This document shows positions 60,820 to 64,000 of a stretch of 64,000 nt of DNA, one piece after another. The position numbers were made by a program, and so were the translations under genes. Below the pieces are notes generated by a model. That model was not told the origin of the DNA and did not search any database. It was given only the letters and a program-made list of their open reading frames with translations. The DNA is taken from assembly GCA_038087875.1 (NCBI GenBank), contig CM076001.1, positions 312,001 through 376,000 of the forward strand. The letters run 5' to 3'. Within the stretch, counting starts at the first letter, position 1, and the number at the start of each line of letters is the position of its first letter. The DNA comes from Malacoraja senta (taxonomy: Eukaryota).

Positions 60820-61985
60820 ATACGATACGATAGAACTTTATTCATCCCCGGAGGGAAATTGGTCTGCGAACAGTCATAACACACAACAAAGTACACGAAA
60901 ACTTGAAATTAAATTTAAATTAAATTAAAAGTGAAAAAAAAAGAAAAAGACAAGCGACTGTTGGCTGCCTGCCATGAGCACAGAGCCTTCACCGAAACAA
61001 ATGAATAAACAAACACAGACTTATCCCCTGGGCAGAGAATTCTAAACTGGAGTGCCCCCCTCCCCCACACCGGGTTCCCCTTTGTTCTCCCACCGTCCCT
61101 CATGGTGGCCCCCCCCACACCGAGTCCCCCCCACACCAAGTCCCCCCACACTGAGTCCCCCCCACACCGAGTCCCCCCACACCGGGTTCCCCTTTGTTCT
61201 CCCACCGTCCCTCATGGTGGCCCCCCCACACCGAATCCCCCCCACACCAAGTCCCCCCCACACCAAGTCCCCCCCACACCGAGTCCCCCCCACACTGGGT
61301 CCCTCCCACACGAGTTCCCCCCACACCGAGTCCCCCCCCACACCGAGTCCCCCCCACACTGGGTCCCTCCCACACCAAGTCCCCCCCCACACCGAGTCCC
61401 CCCCACACCAAGTCCCCCCCACACCGAGTCCCCCCACACTGGGTCCCTCCCACACCGAGTCCCCCCACACTGGGTCCCTCCCACACCGAGTCCCCCCACA
61501 CCGGGTTCCCCTTTGTTCTCCCACCGTCCCTCATGGCGGTCCCCCCCACACCGAGTCCCCCCCACACCGGGTCCCCCCCACACTGGGTCCCTCCCACACC
61601 GTCCCCCCCACACCGGGTTCCCCTTTGTTCTCCCACCGTCCCTCATGGCGGTCCCCCCCACACCGAGTCTCCCCCACACCAAGCCCCCCACACCGAGTCC
61701 CCCCCACACCGAGTCCCCCCCACACTGGGTCCCTCCCACACCGAGTCCCCCCCACACCGAGTCCCCCCACACTGGGTCCCTCCCACACCGGGTCCCCCCC
61801 ACACTGAGTCCCCCCCACACCGAGTCCCCCCCACATTGGGTCCCTCCCACACCGAGTCCCCCCCACACTGGGTCCCTCCCACACTGGGTCCCCCCCACAC
61901 TGGGTCCCTCCCACACTGGGTCCCCCCCACACTGGGTCCCTCCCACACCGAGTCCCCCCCACACCGGGTCCCCATTGTTCTCCAT
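60820..61985 (-). mobile_element. Retroelement 3' region containing a C/G-rich compound minisatellite (61050-61975)
   Basis: Reverse strand ends ATAAAG...(TATCG)n. Units CACACCGAGTCCCCCC and CACACTGGGTCCCTCC are interspersed with GGGTTCCCCTTTGTTCTCCCACCGTCCCTCATGG. Confidence 0.65.
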
Positions 61986-62249
61986 GGTATAGATAGGGCA
62001 GGTGGTTATAACAGACCATAGTGGCTCTGGGGGAGAAGGAAGAGGCAGTAGCGGCATTGGGGGGTCAGCAAGAAACAGCAGCAGGTGAGAGGGGCTCGCT
62101 GGTGCACCTAGCGAGTCGGGAGTGGGGTCGGAAGCCGGGGATGGGTTAACAGGTCATTCCATCCACATTCAGTTCACAATGCCATCTGTGGCCATTCAGG
62201 GAATTTAAACTGAGCTCTTGTAATTTTGACGGAAAATCAGTGTTCAACC

Positions 62250-62527
62250 TTTAGTTTAGTTTAGCTCAGAGATACAGAGCAAAAAAAGGCCCTTCGGCCC
62301 ACCGAGTTCACGCGAATTAACACTACCCACACACTAGGGACAATATACATTTATACCAAACCAATTAACCAACAGACCTGTGGAGTGTGGGAGGAAACCA
62401 AAGATCTTGGAGAAAACCCACGCAGGTCATGGGGAGAACGTAGTAACTCCGTACAGAAAGCACCCAAAGTCAGGATCGAACCCGGGTCTCTGGCGCTGTG
62501 AGACGGTAGCTCTACTGCTGAACCACT
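62250..62527 (-). mobile_element. V-SINE (HE1-like)
   Basis: Reverse B box GGTTCGATCC, V domain and (ACTAA)n tail. Confidence 0.8.
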
Positions 62528-63174
62528 CATCCACCCTACTACTCAAGTGGTGATGTAAGGCATGTAGTTGAATGACATTGAATAAATATCTAAATGAGAA
62601 CTTGAATTACTAGGGCAGAGATGGCAACAATCCTGGTAAATGTAACTTGTACTTCCTGGTTGGTAAGGGCACAGTGAACCAAAGGATATGCTTCTGTGCA
62701 GTATAGATCATATGCTTTGAAAAGGAACTCTTTCTTTGGTGGTCAGACTAATGATCTTTGTCCCTTTCATAAAGTAATTACATTAAGTAAATGCGTGGTT
62801 AGCATGAAATCGATGGATTGAAGGGTCTGTTTCCACAGTGTCTGACTCTACGACTCCAAAGTACCTACTGATAATAGCATTCCCATGGTAAATGTGGATA
62901 AATGGCAGTCTTAAAGTTACAATGAATACCATGTGTGGAAATGTCAAACCGAGTGCCAGGATTAGAGTCTGTAAGAATACTACCATCAACAACCCAGCAG
63001 TTAATAGTACGTTAGACATCAATGTGTTAAAAGAGTTCCCATGAAAGACCTTAATTTGTAACTTGTTCATCTTCCGCTGATCTCGATAATTTGAAATTGC
63101 AGAGTGTGGTACAGACTGAATCTCTGCCAAACTGTGTCACACACAGCGAGGAACCTGAAGGTTGTAATTTCCAC

Positions 63175-63481
63175 AGAGTGCAGCTGGTAGAGCTGCAGCC
63201 TCGCAGCGCCAAAGACCTGGGATTGATCCTGATGCCGTGGAGTTTGCACTTTCTCCCGGTGATGCATGCGCTTTCTGTGAGTGCTTCAGTTTCCTTCCAC
63301 ATCCCAAAGGTTTATAAGTTAGTTGGCATCTGTAAAATTGTCCCTAGTGTGTCGGGAGTGGATGAGAAAGTGGGTTAACATAGAACTAGTGACTGGGTGA
63401 TCATTGTCAGCATGCACTTGATGGGTTGGAGGGCGTCTTCCCACATTGTATCTTTAAACTGTATCTCTAATCTAAACTAAA
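63175..63481 (+). mobile_element. V-SINE (older copy)
   Basis: GTGCAGCTGGTAGAGCTGC head, GGAGTTTGCAC V domain and TATCTCTAATCTAAACTAAA tail. Confidence 0.7.
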
Positions 63482-63589
63482 CAATTTAAGACAGATTTCA
63501 CTCACCTATGAACATCGATCTCTCTCTTATAATATATATACTGTTTATGATGTATATATATAAATGACAGACATAATTGTAGACAGACT

Positions 63590-64000
63590 GGTTAGTAAGT
63601 TTCCAGATGACACCAAGATTGCTGGGCTCATGAAAGTGAGGAAGGCTGTCAAGGTATACAGTGGGATATAGATCAGCTACAGAAATAGCGGAGAAATGGC
63701 AGATGGAGTTTAATCCGAGCATGTGTGAGGTGTTACACTATGGAAGGTCAAATGTAAGTGGAAAATATACAACTAGCGGCACGACCCTCGACAGCATCGA
63801 TGTACAGATTGATCTTGGGGTCCAAGTCCATAGATCCCTGAAAGTGGCAACAGAAGTAGATAGAGTGGTTAAAAAAAAAGGCATATAGTATGCTTGCCTT
63901 CATCGGTTGGGGTATTGAGTATGAGTCTAGAATGCCAGACGCTGCAGGGAGTCTTGATAGAAGTCTATAAAATTACGGGAGGCATGGATAGTGTAAATAG
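63590..64000 (+). mobile_element. CR1 RT fragment
   Basis: SKFPDDTK, AEKWQMEFNP and DLGVQVHRSLKV peptides. Confidence 0.8.

Larger units (their letters stand above)
38100..64000 (+). other. Probable recoverin intron 1 (3' end not seen)
   Basis: Starts at the GT donor. I found no exon-2-like sequence (AIFKMI...DENTPEKR) by eye in the non-repeat segments downstream. Exon 2 could lie in the N gap. Confidence 0.5.

Noticed and set aside
61042..62057. Multiple 160-296 aa Pro- or Gly-rich ORFs
   Set aside because: Translations of a minisatellite that are open in all frames.
62783..63130. 115-aa hydrophobic minus-strand ORF and a possible 39-nt AG...GT micro-exon near 62930-62968
   Set aside because: No recognisable family, no supporting exons, and weak splice context. 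It cannot be supported without RNA data.

Overview
This is vertebrate genomic DNA, very probably from a cartilaginous fish (skate or ray). That assignment is inferred from HE1/V-SINE-like SINEs, CR1 LINEs and Penelope pseudo-LTR repeats. The window is overwhelmingly transposon-derived and has one 200-N assembly gap (42601-42800). The only host gene I can support is exon 1 of recoverin (RCVRN, 37719-38099, +). It has a compact promoter containing CRX/OTX-type sites and is followed by a repeat-filled intron; exon 2 is not visible in the window. Mobile DNA includes: three DIRS1-type tyrosine-recombinase retrotransposons with complete ITR/ICR termini (1557-7220, 12904-17804, 56006-60063); a 5'-truncated CR1; an L1/Tx1 copy with a twin-priming inversion; Penelope-like elements plus many short pseudo-LTR derivatives carrying a minimal hammerhead-ribozyme motif; HERO, Rex1/Babar, Ingi/Vingi and I/Nimb fragments; non-autonomous Helitrons; Harbinger-type MITEs; hAT-like elements; a Tc1/pogo-type MITE; V-SINEs; and a ~1 kb L2-tailed non-autonomous element in two copies. 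The most notable observations are the hammerhead-bearing solo and fold-back elements, a DIRS copy with near-pristine termini around dead ORFs, a splice donor at a conserved position in the DIRS leaders, the DIRS adenine-methyltransferase domain and a TAG-terminated element with a 7-bp TSD. All coordinates and alignments were read by eye; no searches were run.
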